A stretch of 64,000 bases of DNA, taken from contig OY969706.1 in NCBI GenBank assembly GCA_963702095.1, forward strand, positions 2,720,001-2,784,000, written 5' to 3'. The DNA comes from Candidatus Bathyarchaeota archaeon (GTDB lineage Archaea > Thermoproteota > Bathyarchaeia > Bathyarchaeales > Bathycorpusculaceae). A program made the position numbers and the translations under genes. Below the pieces are notes generated by a model. That model was not told where the DNA came from, did not search any database, and saw only the letters and a program-made list of their open reading frames with translations. Of the stretch, positions 19,614-29,182 are shown piece by piece. Position 1 is the stretch's first letter. The number at the start of each line of letters is the position of its first letter.

Positions 19614-20360
19614 ATGGGCAATCAAATAGTTGGAAACACTCTTGCAGATTCTGAAATAGGAGTTATCCTGCCAACATATGGGGAAGCAGCTAACATTGGC
19701 AAATTGATAGATGACATCGAAGATCTCGGCCTTAATCCATCGATTTTAGTTATCGATGACTCAAGCCCCGATGGAACAGCTGAAATCGTGTTGGAAAAAC
19801 AGAAAAAACACCCCAATGTCTTGCTATATAGGCGACCCAAAAAATCTGGGTTAGGCACGGCGATCACGGATGGATTTAGGTTTTTCTTGGCGGAGAATAA
19901 ACCTCCGAAATATGTGTTTACTATGGACGCTGACTATTCCCATGACCCTCAGGATTTGCCGAAACTCCTGGCAGTAATGAAAGAATGCGATTGCGGAATA
20001 GTAATCGGCAGCAGGTACAGCAAAGGCGGGCAGATTGAGGGTTGGCCTCTTAGCAGAAAAATCATAAGTAAAACCGCCAACGCCATCGCCCGGGCTTCGT
20101 TGGGGTTGGAGCTAAACGATTGCACTGCTGGGTACCGCTGTTACTCCACTGCGTTTCTGAGAGAAGTCATCGGTAACCTGCACAGTACAACCTATGAGAT
20201 TCAGATTGAAACGGTGCGGCAGGCTTCTCTTAGGCACTTCCAAGTTAAGGAAACCCCGGTCTTGTTTGTTAACCGTAAACAGGGTAAATCCAAGTTGACG
20301 TGGACGGAAATCAAAAGTTTTCTATCATACACGTTTAAAGCGGTTTGGCGCTCGGATTAG
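19614..20360 (+). CDS. Polyprenol monophosphomannose synthase (GT2, DPM1-like)
   Basis: ILPTY.EA.NI, IDDSSPDGT, MDADYSHDP, GSRY, R..GKSKL. Confidence 0.9.
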   Translation: MGNQIVGNTLADSEIGVILPTYGEAANIGKLIDDIEDLGLNPSILVIDDSSPDGTAEIVLEKQKKHPNVLLYRRPKKSGLGTAITDGFRFFLAENKPPKYVFTMDADYSHDPQDLPKLLAVMKECDCGIVIGSRYSKGGQIEGWPLSRKIISKTANAIARASLGLELNDCTAGYRCYSTAFLREVIGNLHSTTYEIQIETVRQASLRHFQVKETPVLFVNRKQGKSKLTWTEIKSFLSYTFKAVWRSD

Positions 20361-20420
20361 TTTTATATTAGGATTAAATATTGCTTGTTCATTTTACGAG
20401 TAGGGAACGGCAGGTTTACG

Positions 20421-22088
20421 ATGCGGCTTGGCAAGGCTGAGATTGTACTTTTAGTAGCTGTATCAATCCTAGCGGTCAGCATAACGCTTGGAGCCGCCAG
20501 CCGATTCCCATTGGCGACTGGCACTGACCGATCCTGCGTGATTATCGATGACACTTTCCATTTATCTCCCAATGAAGTGTGGAGGCAGGGGTTGGGAGCG
20601 TTTGTCGGCGGCGAAAACATCACCGTCTCAGTTTCAAGCTCAGAGAGTTTTAGCAAAAATTTTTCTGTAGTTGCCTATAACGGTTTGCGGTTCAACACCA
20701 CTGAACCGTCTTTTACGTATACTTTCACTGCGGGAGCAGACTACTACGAAGCCACCTTCAATACGAGCGCAGCCCAAGCAGGCACTGTCCACTTAGAGGT
20801 TTCTGTCCTCAAACCCGAGGTTGTTTACCCATCCAGCTGGTTGAGTATGCCAGCAAGAATCCTGTTTTTCTTAAGCGTCGCCGCTGTAATGTTGATTGTC
20901 TTAAAAACCAAGCTGTTAAAGCAGTCTACATTGGCTGCTAAACCGACTTTGCCTTCTATTAACAAAATCAACCGCCATCGGCTTTTAGGGTTTGTTGTTG
21001 TGTCGTTGGTTGTTTGGTTTGTAATCTTAGCTTTTAACCCTAACCCGTTGGGCACCTTTGAAAACTGGTACACTGACCATGTCAGGCACCCCTACGTTTC
21101 AAGCCTTTTCTTAAAGGATGGCTTCTCAGTTTTCAATCAACCCCTCGGCACCCTCGCCAGCCAAGATAACTCCACTTTTATGTATGTAACTTGGCCTGAG
21201 ATGCCGCATCTCTACCCGTTGGGCAGCGTTGCTTTGTTTTTGCCGTTTGGGGTGCTCTTGCAGAACGGTGTTGATCCCTTGTTGGTTTTTAAGCTTGAAA
21301 TCATGGTTTTCTTGGTGTTTGCGCATGTTTGCCTCTACTTTTTCTTGAAGTATCTTTTCAAGAAGGATATGCATCTTTTTTGGCGTCTGGTTGGGCTCTA
21401 CATCATCTATGTGTCGCTGGTCATCTATGCTGCCGATGGCATGTTTGATTCAGTCGCATTTTTCTTTTCTTTGATGGCGGTAACAATGTTTCTTATGGAA
21501 CGCTATGACGGCTTTTTCTTGTTGATGATGACGTCTATACTGTTTAAGTATCAAGCGGGCATTTTCCTCTTACCGTTCATTTTGGTGGGGGTGGTTATGC
21601 TCTTGCAGAACAACAAGCTGTCCAGCCTTGCCAAAAATAAAAAGGTCATATTGGGAATTGCCTTTGCGGGCATCAGCGGTTCTACAGCTTTTCTAAGTTT
21701 ACCCTACTTGATTGAGACTAGGCCTGAACTTATAATGAATGGCATTCACGCTTTCATACCAAACGCCCAGATTTCTTGGACACTGCAATCCACTGCAGTC
21801 CTCATCACTTTGGCTGGCACCTTAATCTACGCCGCTTACATGCTAAACAAAAACAGCTTCCTCTCCCTGTCAGCGATTTTCCTTTTGCTTCCAAGCTTCA
21901 CTTTGCCTTATTTCCAGAACTGGTATCTGCCTTTCCTGTTCGTCTACATACTGGTTCCACAAAAAAGAAAGGAGTTGGAGGCAACGATGATTTGGCTTAT
22001 CTTCATGATAGTGGTACTCTCCTTCGGCGGGAGTGCATTTAATCCCTTGGGAATTATCCAGCATTTCCAATCGATGATCAACATGTAA
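20421..22088 (+). CDS. Multi-pass membrane protein, possible GT-C glycosyltransferase
   Basis: About 12 hydrophobic segments, loop WYTDH, YPLG, GMFDS, KYQ, QNWYL; follows a GT2 gene. Confidence 0.55.
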   Translation: MRLGKAEIVLLVAVSILAVSITLGAASRFPLATGTDRSCVIIDDTFHLSPNEVWRQGLGAFVGGENITVSVSSSESFSKNFSVVAYNGLRFNTTEPSFTYTFTAGADYYEATFNTSAAQAGTVHLEVSVLKPEVVYPSSWLSMPARILFFLSVAAVMLIVLKTKLLKQSTLAAKPTLPSINKINRHRLLGFVVVSLVVWFVILAFNPNPLGTFENWYTDHVRHPYVSSLFLKDGFSVFNQPLGTLASQDNSTFMYVTWPEMPHLYPLGSVALFLPFGVLLQNGVDPLLVFKLEIMVFLVFAHVCLYFFLKYLFKKDMHLFWRLVGLYIIYVSLVIYAADGMFDSVAFFFSLMAVTMFLMERYDGFFLLMMTSILFKYQAGIFLLPFILVGVVMLLQNNKLSSLAKNKKVILGIAFAGISGSTAFLSLPYLIETRPELIMNGIHAFIPNAQISWTLQSTAVLITLAGTLIYAAYMLNKNSFLSLSAIFLLLPSFTLPYFQNWYLPFLFVYILVPQKRKELEATMIWLIFMIVVLSFGGSAFNPLGIIQHFQSMINM

Positions 22089-22114
22089 GCTTCTCAGGAA
22101 GAGGCGTCATTCGG

Positions 22115-22310
22115 TTTGTCTCTTTATGTGGGTGTGGCGTTTTATGGGATGCCACAAGACAGCAATTGAATGCGGTTGCTTTTTGTGGTTGCATTGTTTT
22201 TCTTTGTCTGTTTCGGTGTGGCAAAGGCGTTTTCTTCCACACGCGGTACATGGCTCCATGCAGGGGCCGGACTGGATGTGTGTGTGAAACCATGTATAGT
22301 TTGCTTTTGT
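22115..22310 (-). repeat. Dispersed 'MEPCTACG' element, copy C
   Basis: Minus strand TTTCACACACACATCCAGTCCGGCCCCTGCATGGAGCCATGTACCGCGTGTGG, nearly identical to copy A; ORF 22107-22259 of 50 aa. Confidence 0.9.
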
Positions 22311-22480
22311 GTTGACATGAACGGATTTATCAGCCGATTGTTAACAGAGAAAATTATCGCCAGTTACCAGAAACCGACTTTGTGGATCAGGAAGAGCTAG
22401 GTTTATGGTTTGTTGTTGGTTATAGTTAAATTGGGGAAAAACCACATAACCACACAGTCAAATGTAGGGAGCGTGGGGAT

Positions 22481-23716
22481 ATGGCGGAGACTTCTAGAGA
22501 ATTCGTTTACCAGAAATTCAGCGAGTTCTACAAAGACCCCGCCAACGCCGTGCCAGCTCCGCCTTTACCTCACCAGCGGGAATTCGGCTACCTTACCTTC
22601 AAAGAAAAATTCATGGTGCGACACCGCCGATTTGAGCAGATCGCCAACTTCCGAGTTGTCCTCGCCCAAACTGTTCCATCAGATGTTTACCACAGCTGCG
22701 CTTACTATGAAAACCCCGATTTTGACATGGACAAGAAAGGCTGGATAGGCAGCGACGTAGTGTTTGACATAGACGCAGACCACATTCCTACTTCATGCAA
22801 CAAAATCCATGATGAGTTCCGCTGTGTCAAATGCGAGTTCGAGGGCAGAGGCATCACCCCCGAAGAGTGTCCCTGCTGTGGCGGCACAAAGTTTGTAACT
22901 AAAATTTGGGCTTGTGACCTCTGTATCCAAGCAGCCAGAGAAGAAGCCACCAAACTCGTGGATATGTTGGAGAACGATTTTGGGTTTTCTCAGCCTGAGA
23001 TAAGGGTGTTCTTTTCGGGGCACCGTGGCTACCACATCCACATAGAGAACGAGGCGGTGCTGTCGCTTGATGCTATGGCAAGAAAAGAAATCGTCGACTA
23101 CGTCACGGGCTTAGGTGTAGCGTTCCTAGACAAAGAGGCTAAAGAAGAGAGAAACCGACGAGGAAAAGCCAAGCCAAAAAAGTTTATTCTCCACAATTTT
23201 GGCTGGAACAGGCGCATTAAGAGGGGCATGGAGAGTTTTCTGTTAAACGCAACCAAAGAGGACCTCAAAGCTGTTGGGTTAAAAAATAAGGCACTACTCG
23301 ACAACCGAGAAGTGGTGATTAGACGCGCTATCAACGAGGGCATGTGGGATAGCATACCAGGCGTCAGCGACCAAACCTGGCTAAAACTGGCGGAGATCGC
23401 AAGGGAGAACCAGGCGGCAAAAATCGACACGGTCGTCACCACCGATATTCACCGTTTAATCCGTATGAACGGCTCCTTGCATGGCAAAACGGGGCTCAAA
23501 AAAGTCGAGTTTAAAGCGAGTGAACTGCAAACTTTTGACCCCTTCACTGGAGCAGTAGCTTTTAAAAAGGGCAAGGTGAAAGTGTTGGTGTCTGACGCGC
23601 CAGAGTTCAGGATGAGTGGGGAAACGTTGGGTCCATACAAGCATCAAACCGTTGAGTTACCGACAGCTGCGGCGGTTATGCTTATCTGTAAAAAAAGAGC
23701 CGAGGTGCTGCCCTAA
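22481..23716 (+). CDS. priS: DNA primase small (catalytic) subunit
   Basis: QREFG, VFDIDADH, FSGHRGYH, ID.VVT.DIHRLIR. Confidence 0.96.
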   Translation: MAETSREFVYQKFSEFYKDPANAVPAPPLPHQREFGYLTFKEKFMVRHRRFEQIANFRVVLAQTVPSDVYHSCAYYENPDFDMDKKGWIGSDVVFDIDADHIPTSCNKIHDEFRCVKCEFEGRGITPEECPCCGGTKFVTKIWACDLCIQAAREEATKLVDMLENDFGFSQPEIRVFFSGHRGYHIHIENEAVLSLDAMARKEIVDYVTGLGVAFLDKEAKEERNRRGKAKPKKFILHNFGWNRRIKRGMESFLLNATKEDLKAVGLKNKALLDNREVVIRRAINEGMWDSIPGVSDQTWLKLAEIARENQAAKIDTVVTTDIHRLIRMNGSLHGKTGLKKVEFKASELQTFDPFTGAVAFKKGKVKVLVSDAPEFRMSGETLGPYKHQTVELPTAAAVMLICKKRAEVLP

Positions 23717-24340
23717 GTGTATGAGCAACTGTATGCGGCTTGGCGCAGAGAAATCGACGACTCCACACTGGGAGGATTGCCGCCTGACTTTTACAGCAAA
23801 ATCACAGCTTACCTGGCACGTATAAGAGAAGACAACAAGGCGCTGGATAAGAAATCGGTTAAAGTTAGCCTCTTAGAACATGAAACAAAAAACGTTGAGC
23901 GCATGCTTGGTGAACTGCTCGATTTAAGATACAAAAAAATACTCAAAACGATTACGCGACTGCACAAGGCACCCATAGAGCTTTTGTCTTTGGAAGAAGC
24001 CAAGATGTGCGAGGGCTTTGTGGGCTTCTCCAACACATACCAACAGTTCGCCAAGAACCTTCTGCAGGGTGAACAGACGCAGGCACCGATAACTGTGACG
24101 ATACTTCAGCCGCCCACATCCGTGTCCCCTGTTTTGGGCGCCAAAGAAGAGTATAAACCACCGACACATGTCACCCATAAACGCTTAACCCTACGATTCA
24201 TCAAGAACATCCCCGCCATCATGGGAGCAGACATGAAGTCCTACGGACCCTTCGCAGTTGAAGACGTAGCTTCGTTGCCGGCGTTGAACGCGCAGATTTT
24301 GGTTAAGCAGGGATTGGCGGTTTTGGTTGAGGTTTCCTGA
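23717..24340 (+). CDS. GINS complex subunit (Gins51-type)
   Basis: LPPDFY, R..KI, C-terminal B-domain GADMKSYGPF..EDVA.LP..NA; follows priS. Confidence 0.85.
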   Translation: MYEQLYAAWRREIDDSTLGGLPPDFYSKITAYLARIREDNKALDKKSVKVSLLEHETKNVERMLGELLDLRYKKILKTITRLHKAPIELLSLEEAKMCEGFVGFSNTYQQFAKNLLQGEQTQAPITVTILQPPTSVSPVLGAKEEYKPPTHVTHKRLTLRFIKNIPAIMGADMKSYGPFAVEDVASLPALNAQILVKQGLAVLVEVS

Positions 24341-25358
24341 TTTTCTGCCAAGCTGTGTTGGCGGCGATGATGATTAGGGGGTAGGAAACGATCCATGCCA
24401 TCGCATAGAGGGGTCCATAGTAGTAGTGGAAATCTTGTACTTGGAGGGAGTTGGCGCCGAATTGTGCACCGATTGTGAATATGGTTGCTATGCGGAAGAT
24501 GTTGATTAGGTAGGTGACTGCGGCGCCGACAGCGAAGTAGCCGATTTTTGCCTTCCAAGAAATATGCATCTGCTTCAAAAATAGCAATGCGACGGCGGTG
24601 AATATGAGGAGGCTCTCGATGCCTGCGCAGGGCCACGCTATCGCGAATTTAGCGGAGCCCAAAGAGCCTGTAACGTCAAGGGTGGGCATGCCTGATTCGA
24701 AGCCTGAGACAACCGTGTAACCCATCATGCCCAAAACGCCGGCGGCAAGATACGCTGTGGTAGGCACGAGCAGTTGGAAAGGCGTGAATTCGCCTTGAGG
24801 GTACAGGTTGTCGATGGTGTAGAGTAAACCAACCAAAGCCACAAAGAGGGCGGGCAGAGCAAACCCAGTTAACCCTTTTTTGCCAAACGCGGTGAAAACG
24901 ATTAGGAGGAAGAGACCGCAGAAAACGAGGTATTCAACGGCTAAGGGCATGGAATCGTAGAAGGCGACGCCGCTCTGCAGCGACCAGCTTGCGATGGCTG
25001 CGTTTAACCCCGAAAATTCCCAAGCAACATAGAGGCTTGGAAGCAACAGCACAATTGCGTAGAGGGCGGCTTGGGTTTTTTCGTGGAGGTTTATTTTTGT
25101 TTTTATGGTTTCCCAGCTGAGGATGAACTCTAAAGCGACCAGCCAGAGGAAAAACAGCAGAAAAGTCCTGCCTTTCCACATGAGTTGAAACGAGTCCTGT
25201 GTTGATACGTTGAGGTAGGGGTCCATGGGGTTTAGGGTGTAGAGCACCGCCAATGGAACTGCGAAGGCAACGAGCGGCAGGGTTTTTATTAGAATTTGCG
25301 TCATGCGGTGGGCAGCTTCGTTTTTCACGCCGAACACAACTATACCCCATTGCTTCAC
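24303..25358 (-). CDS. Archaeosortase/exosortase-family transpeptidase
   Basis: WKGR.F..FF.W, IAWPCAG, NIFRI, FH: Cys/Arg/His triad in a multi-TM protein. Confidence 0.85.
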   Translation of the reverse strand: MKQWGIVVFGVKNEAAHRMTQILIKTLPLVAFAVPLAVLYTLNPMDPYLNVSTQDSFQLMWKGRTFLLFFLWLVALEFILSWETIKTKINLHEKTQAALYAIVLLLPSLYVAWEFSGLNAAIASWSLQSGVAFYDSMPLAVEYLVFCGLFLLIVFTAFGKKGLTGFALPALFVALVGLLYTIDNLYPQGEFTPFQLLVPTTAYLAAGVLGMMGYTVVSGFESGMPTLDVTGSLGSAKFAIAWPCAGIESLLIFTAVALLFLKQMHISWKAKIGYFAVGAAVTYLINIFRIATIFTIGAQFGANSLQVQDFHYYYGPLYAMAWIVSYPLIIIAANTAWQKIRKPQPKPPIPA

Positions 25359-25422
25359 GATTTAAAAAAGGATGTGCCAAAGCGTTAACGGCAACATCAT
25401 TAACAAAAGGAGGAAGGTTGGT

Positions 25423-25779
25423 TTAACTGTACTCTCTATAGGTGTAGTTGCATTTTGTGCAGCGTAGAAACTGCGTTGAAGATTCGTCGGCGCCTCTGGT
25501 TTGCACTTGCCACACGTAGGCGATGTTGTTGCCGCATCTGGGGCATTCAATACGCACAGTGGGCAGGGTGCTGAGTTTCTGTTCTTCTTTGCCTATCACG
25601 GCGACGAATTGCTGGGGATTATGCTGAATAATTTTAGGCGCTACTTTCTGCTCAATTTTCTCTTCTGCCTCAGGCTTTTTGTAGCCGCATTTGGGGCAGG
25701 CTAAAACTAGAGTTGCTTCTTTTCCACTCTTGGATTTTTTAGGCTCTAGGCGTGAACCGCATTTAGGGCAAAATTCCAT
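25423..25779 (-). CDS. tfs: Transcription factor S
   Basis: FCPKCG, QTRGADES.T.F.RCTKC. Confidence 0.96.
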   Translation of the reverse strand: MEFCPKCGSRLEPKKSKSGKEATLVLACPKCGYKKPEAEEKIEQKVAPKIIQHNPQQFVAVIGKEEQKLSTLPTVRIECPRCGNNIAYVWQVQTRGADESSTQFLRCTKCNYTYREYS

Positions 25780-25850
25780 ACCACGTTACACATCCACTTG
25801 GGGGATTTCCTTAGCATTGAGACTTTTATACTTTTTCTAACTCCCAGATA

Positions 25851-26465
25851 CTATGGGGTTACGCCTGAAGCGATAAGGTGGGCGACACGGAGGGGTTCAG
25901 GATAGCCGCCTCTAACCGAAGTCAACTCCAAAACCTCCAAAGCCTCCGCCAACGTGATTCCAGCCAAACCCACATAGAGTTTGGCGCCGTGATTGATGAC
26001 TTCGTGGATTACTCCTGCGTCTTGGACGATTCGCCAGCGTTCCTCGGTTTGCGGCAGATGACTAAGCGCCTGATGGATTGAGTCTAAATTGGGTTTCTCG
26101 CGGGTCAACGCCAAAACCGGCAGCCCCACCTCGGCAGAGAGCCTCTTTATGTCGACTAAGTTGAAGCCTGCAAAGGTTATGCCGCTAAGCATCACCAGCC
26201 GCAGTTGCCGACAGTGCGGAGAAGCCAAAATCATCCGGATGATTTTTTGTGTTGCATCTAAGCCGTCGATGGCGACTGTTGTGTGCATGACACCGTCTAT
26301 GCTTAAGCCTCCGCGGAAAACGACGCCTACGACGAGGGCTTGTCCCACTTTTTTTGGGGTGAATCTGCCATCGTCGACGCCGAGCACTCGGATTTCAGGT
26401 TTTATAACTCGAAACGTTTTGGCATTGCTCAAGACGGTATCCTGTAAAATAAGAAGAGGGTCCAA
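25851..26465 (-). CDS. DUF99 family endonuclease V-like protein
   Basis: RVLGVDDG, DGLDAT, GITFAGFN, PEPLRVAHLIA. Confidence 0.88.
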   Translation of the reverse strand: MDPLLILQDTVLSNAKTFRVIKPEIRVLGVDDGRFTPKKVGQALVVGVVFRGGLSIDGVMHTTVAIDGLDATQKIIRMILASPHCRQLRLVMLSGITFAGFNLVDIKRLSAEVGLPVLALTREKPNLDSIHQALSHLPQTEERWRIVQDAGVIHEVINHGAKLYVGLAGITLAEALEVLELTSVRGGYPEPLRVAHLIASGVTP

Positions 26466-26496
26466 CTAAAAATGGTAGTGTGGAAAAAAGGGTGGT

Positions 26497-26778
26497 TTAG
26501 GCTTTTAGAACGCGGTCGAGTTCTTTGCCAAACATATCGTTGGCTTCCTTGACTTTCTCGGCTGCATCTATGAGTGCGTCTTCAGGCTTTGTTTTGCCTT
26601 TCATACGCACATAGATTATTGGACTGGATGCTAAGGGGTGTGGTACATCGTACCCTGCGAAGTCCACCCGTTTGTCCTCTAAGAGGCGTTTTTGGATGAG
26701 ATTACAGAGTCCGTGGCTACTGCCTTCGACTTCGATTTTAAGTTCGTTTTCAGATTTTTTTAGAACTTTAACTTTCAC
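26497..26778 (-). CDS. rpoL: RNA polymerase subunit L (Rpo11)
   Basis: EG.SH.LCNL, FAGY.VPHPL; GTG start at 26778. Confidence 0.93.
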   Translation of the reverse strand: MKVKVLKKSENELKIEVEGSSHGLCNLIQKRLLEDKRVDFAGYDVPHPLASSPIIYVRMKGKTKPEDALIDAAEKVKEANDMFGKELDRVLKA

Positions 26779-26791
26779 TGTTTTTCCCTCT

Positions 26792-27373
26792 TTAAAGCGT
26801 TTCCTTGCCGTAGTCAGGAGCAACCTTGCGACGTTCCACGTTTCCGCATTTGGGGCATTTTAAGTCGTATCGATCTTGGTTTAGCAGGGTTCCATCGCGG
26901 CTACAGGAGGCAAAGATTATCCCAAGGTTCCTATCGTTTGTGGATAAGTGGAAGATTTGGTTTTTTTCACTAATTACTTTGGCGCGAACTATATCGCCGG
27001 GTTTAACGGCGTCGCTCATCTGGTCGATGTATCGGTCGGAGACGTCGCTTACGTGGAGGATGCCGCCGAAGTTGCCTGTTAATTGTTTTTTGCCTATGCG
27101 GAAGATTTTGACTAAGGTGTTGTCGGATTGGGCGTTGCCGATTTGTCCGATGACGACGGTTCCGACTTTGGGAACCACTGCGCCGGGTACAACCGGATAG
27201 ACTGATACGCGTCGGTTCTGCAGGTCTACCAATGAGCGCCCGACGATTTTTGAGTAGATGACGCCGTCTTTAGTGTAGGTTCCTGAATCAGGAATGAATT
27301 CTTCGATTACGCCGAGGCGTTCGCCGGGCAGTACGAGGTGACCGCTTTTTTGTTCTGGTGGATTTAATGCCAT
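26792..27373 (-). CDS. csl4: Exosome RNA-binding subunit Csl4
   Basis: VLPGERLGVIEEF, S1 domain, C-terminal CPKCG..E.RK. Confidence 0.93.
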   Translation of the reverse strand: MALNPPEQKSGHLVLPGERLGVIEEFIPDSGTYTKDGVIYSKIVGRSLVDLQNRRVSVYPVVPGAVVPKVGTVVIGQIGNAQSDNTLVKIFRIGKKQLTGNFGGILHVSDVSDRYIDQMSDAVKPGDIVRAKVISEKNQIFHLSTNDRNLGIIFASCSRDGTLLNQDRYDLKCPKCGNVERRKVAPDYGKETL

Positions 27374-27478
27374 ATATCTTCATCTTTATGTTAGGTAAAT
27401 AGGGAAGCTTGAATTTTATAAGTGCATATGCTTAGTTTCCATTCCCCGCAATAAACCTTTTGATGAAAATAAACACGC

Positions 27479-28189
27479 CTATGGCGACTGGGTCTTGATA
27501 ATGTAGAGGTCTATTACGAAGTCATGCTTCAGTTTCCTGTGAAAATCGAACAGTTTGGGAATCGTCATAAGCATCGCATACACTGCCGAAACTGCGCCTC
27601 CGTGTTTGGCGATGAACCGCTCCAAGAAGGCGTTTGGCTGCACCTGCACCATTCCTCCGCTGGATTTAAGCAGTTTTATGAGGCGTTCGTCGACTTCAGG
27701 GTGGTTATGCAGTGAGTAGACGGCGTTGCCGACTTCAAGCGCCTTAACCAAGAAAGCGCGGTCAGCCTCGCGGGTCTGGACGCCAAACGGCGGATTCTGC
27801 AGAACAGTATCAAACTGCCCAGTGATGGCAGCGATGTCTCCGTTAACCAGTTGAAACGGTAGCTCTGCCTTGACGGCGTTTTCTTTGGCCGTTTTTATGG
27901 CGACTGGGTCGATGTCTATGCCCACGACTTCTTTTGCGCCCAAGTAAGCGGCGCCTAACCCCAACCGCCCTGTGCCACAGCCCAAATCCAGCACCGCCTT
28001 GTCGATGACGTCACCGTTTGTGTAGCTGGCGAGGTAGAGCATGTTTGCGGCTATCTGCTCAGAAACCGTGTACTGCTCAAGCTGAGCCTGAGGGTTGGGC
28101 TGCGGCGTCAGTGACTCTAAGAAGAGTTCAAGGTCTAGCTTTCGAATAAGCCTTTTCTGAGCATATCCGTCCATGAGACCTCGCCGCAA
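27479..28189 (-). CDS. METTL5-family SAM methyltransferase
   Basis: LEQY, VLDLGCGTG, QNPPFG, YSLH; start may be 28174. Confidence 0.9.
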   Translation of the reverse strand: MRRGLMDGYAQKRLIRKLDLELFLESLTPQPNPQAQLEQYTVSEQIAANMLYLASYTNGDVIDKAVLDLGCGTGRLGLGAAYLGAKEVVGIDIDPVAIKTAKENAVKAELPFQLVNGDIAAITGQFDTVLQNPPFGVQTREADRAFLVKALEVGNAVYSLHNHPEVDERLIKLLKSSGGMVQVQPNAFLERFIAKHGGAVSAVYAMLMTIPKLFDFHRKLKHDFVIDLYIIKTQSP

Positions 28190-29136
28190 ACCACCATAAA
28201 CTCGTTAACTGTAAGCATTGGCTTTTGAAACTTACCTGGAGCATCCAATGAGATACGTGGGCAAGCTGTGTTGACGTAGGCGTCGATGCTTGGGAACTCC
28301 ATCAGTGACTCAGGAGTGATTTCTCTGCCAGCCAACAAAAATGCTGCTCGACCCGTCATCTCCGCCGATTTTTTTACTCTTAAGGCTTGGTCGAGGTGTT
28401 TCTGTCCAGGTTTTAAGCTGACGAGTATGCCGATGCTTTTGGCGTTTTGGGCTTCTTGGATGCCCGCATAACGCTGTTTTATGATGCGTTGGGCTTGGTC
28501 TGTTATCGAGTGTGCTCGGTTGTCGTAGGGATCGGCGATTATTGTAGGTTTGGATGTGGCTAATGCTATGCCTAGGGCGTGGAACATGCCGCCGCCGACA
28601 AAAAGAAACGCATCGACCTGCCGAGCAATGGCTGTGACGTTGCTATAATTGCAACCAATAACCTGCCCAGCATAATCCATCTGCTCCGCGTTACCGATGA
28701 ACACGACTTTTCCCGCGTCAGTTAAGATTTGTTTTGCTGAGTCTATCGTCTTTATGTGTTGGATTGAGGTGGCTAAACCTATACTGCGGTAAGAATCCAG
28801 CAGTATAAGGGCTTGATTGACCGCAGTGTCGATTTGGATGTTTGCGTAAGCTTCCACGTAGAGCGTGGGAGTTTTTTCCTCTTTGATGATTCTTGCGTGT
28901 CCAAAATGCACTATTAGGTCTACGCCTAAACTTGCCGCTTCGGTTTCAGCGATGTCACAGGCGCCATAGCAGGGGTCAGACGAAATTATCGGAGTTGCAC
29001 CGTAATCCTCGACGATTTTGGCGAGTCTTGTTGCTTGAGGTTTTAGGCCTTGAGGCATCTGTAGCAGAACCCGTTTAGCGTCAAGTCTAACTATTTCCTG
29101 CTTGATTCTTTGTTCTTCAAAGTCGAATTCTGACAT
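28135..29136 (-). CDS. dph2: Diphthamide biosynthesis protein Dph2
   Basis: LQMPQGLK, PCYGACD, GQVIGCN, TACPRI. Confidence 0.95.
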   Translation of the reverse strand: MSEFDFEEQRIKQEIVRLDAKRVLLQMPQGLKPQATRLAKIVEDYGATPIISSDPCYGACDIAETEAASLGVDLIVHFGHARIIKEEKTPTLYVEAYANIQIDTAVNQALILLDSYRSIGLATSIQHIKTIDSAKQILTDAGKVVFIGNAEQMDYAGQVIGCNYSNVTAIARQVDAFLFVGGGMFHALGIALATSKPTIIADPYDNRAHSITDQAQRIIKQRYAGIQEAQNAKSIGILVSLKPGQKHLDQALRVKKSAEMTGRAAFLLAGREITPESLMEFPSIDAYVNTACPRISLDAPGKFQKPMLTVNEFMVVCGEVSWTDMLRKGLFES

Positions 29137-29182
29137 GTTCAGTCCACTGATAAAATAAGACTAAAAAGAAGAAGGGATGATT

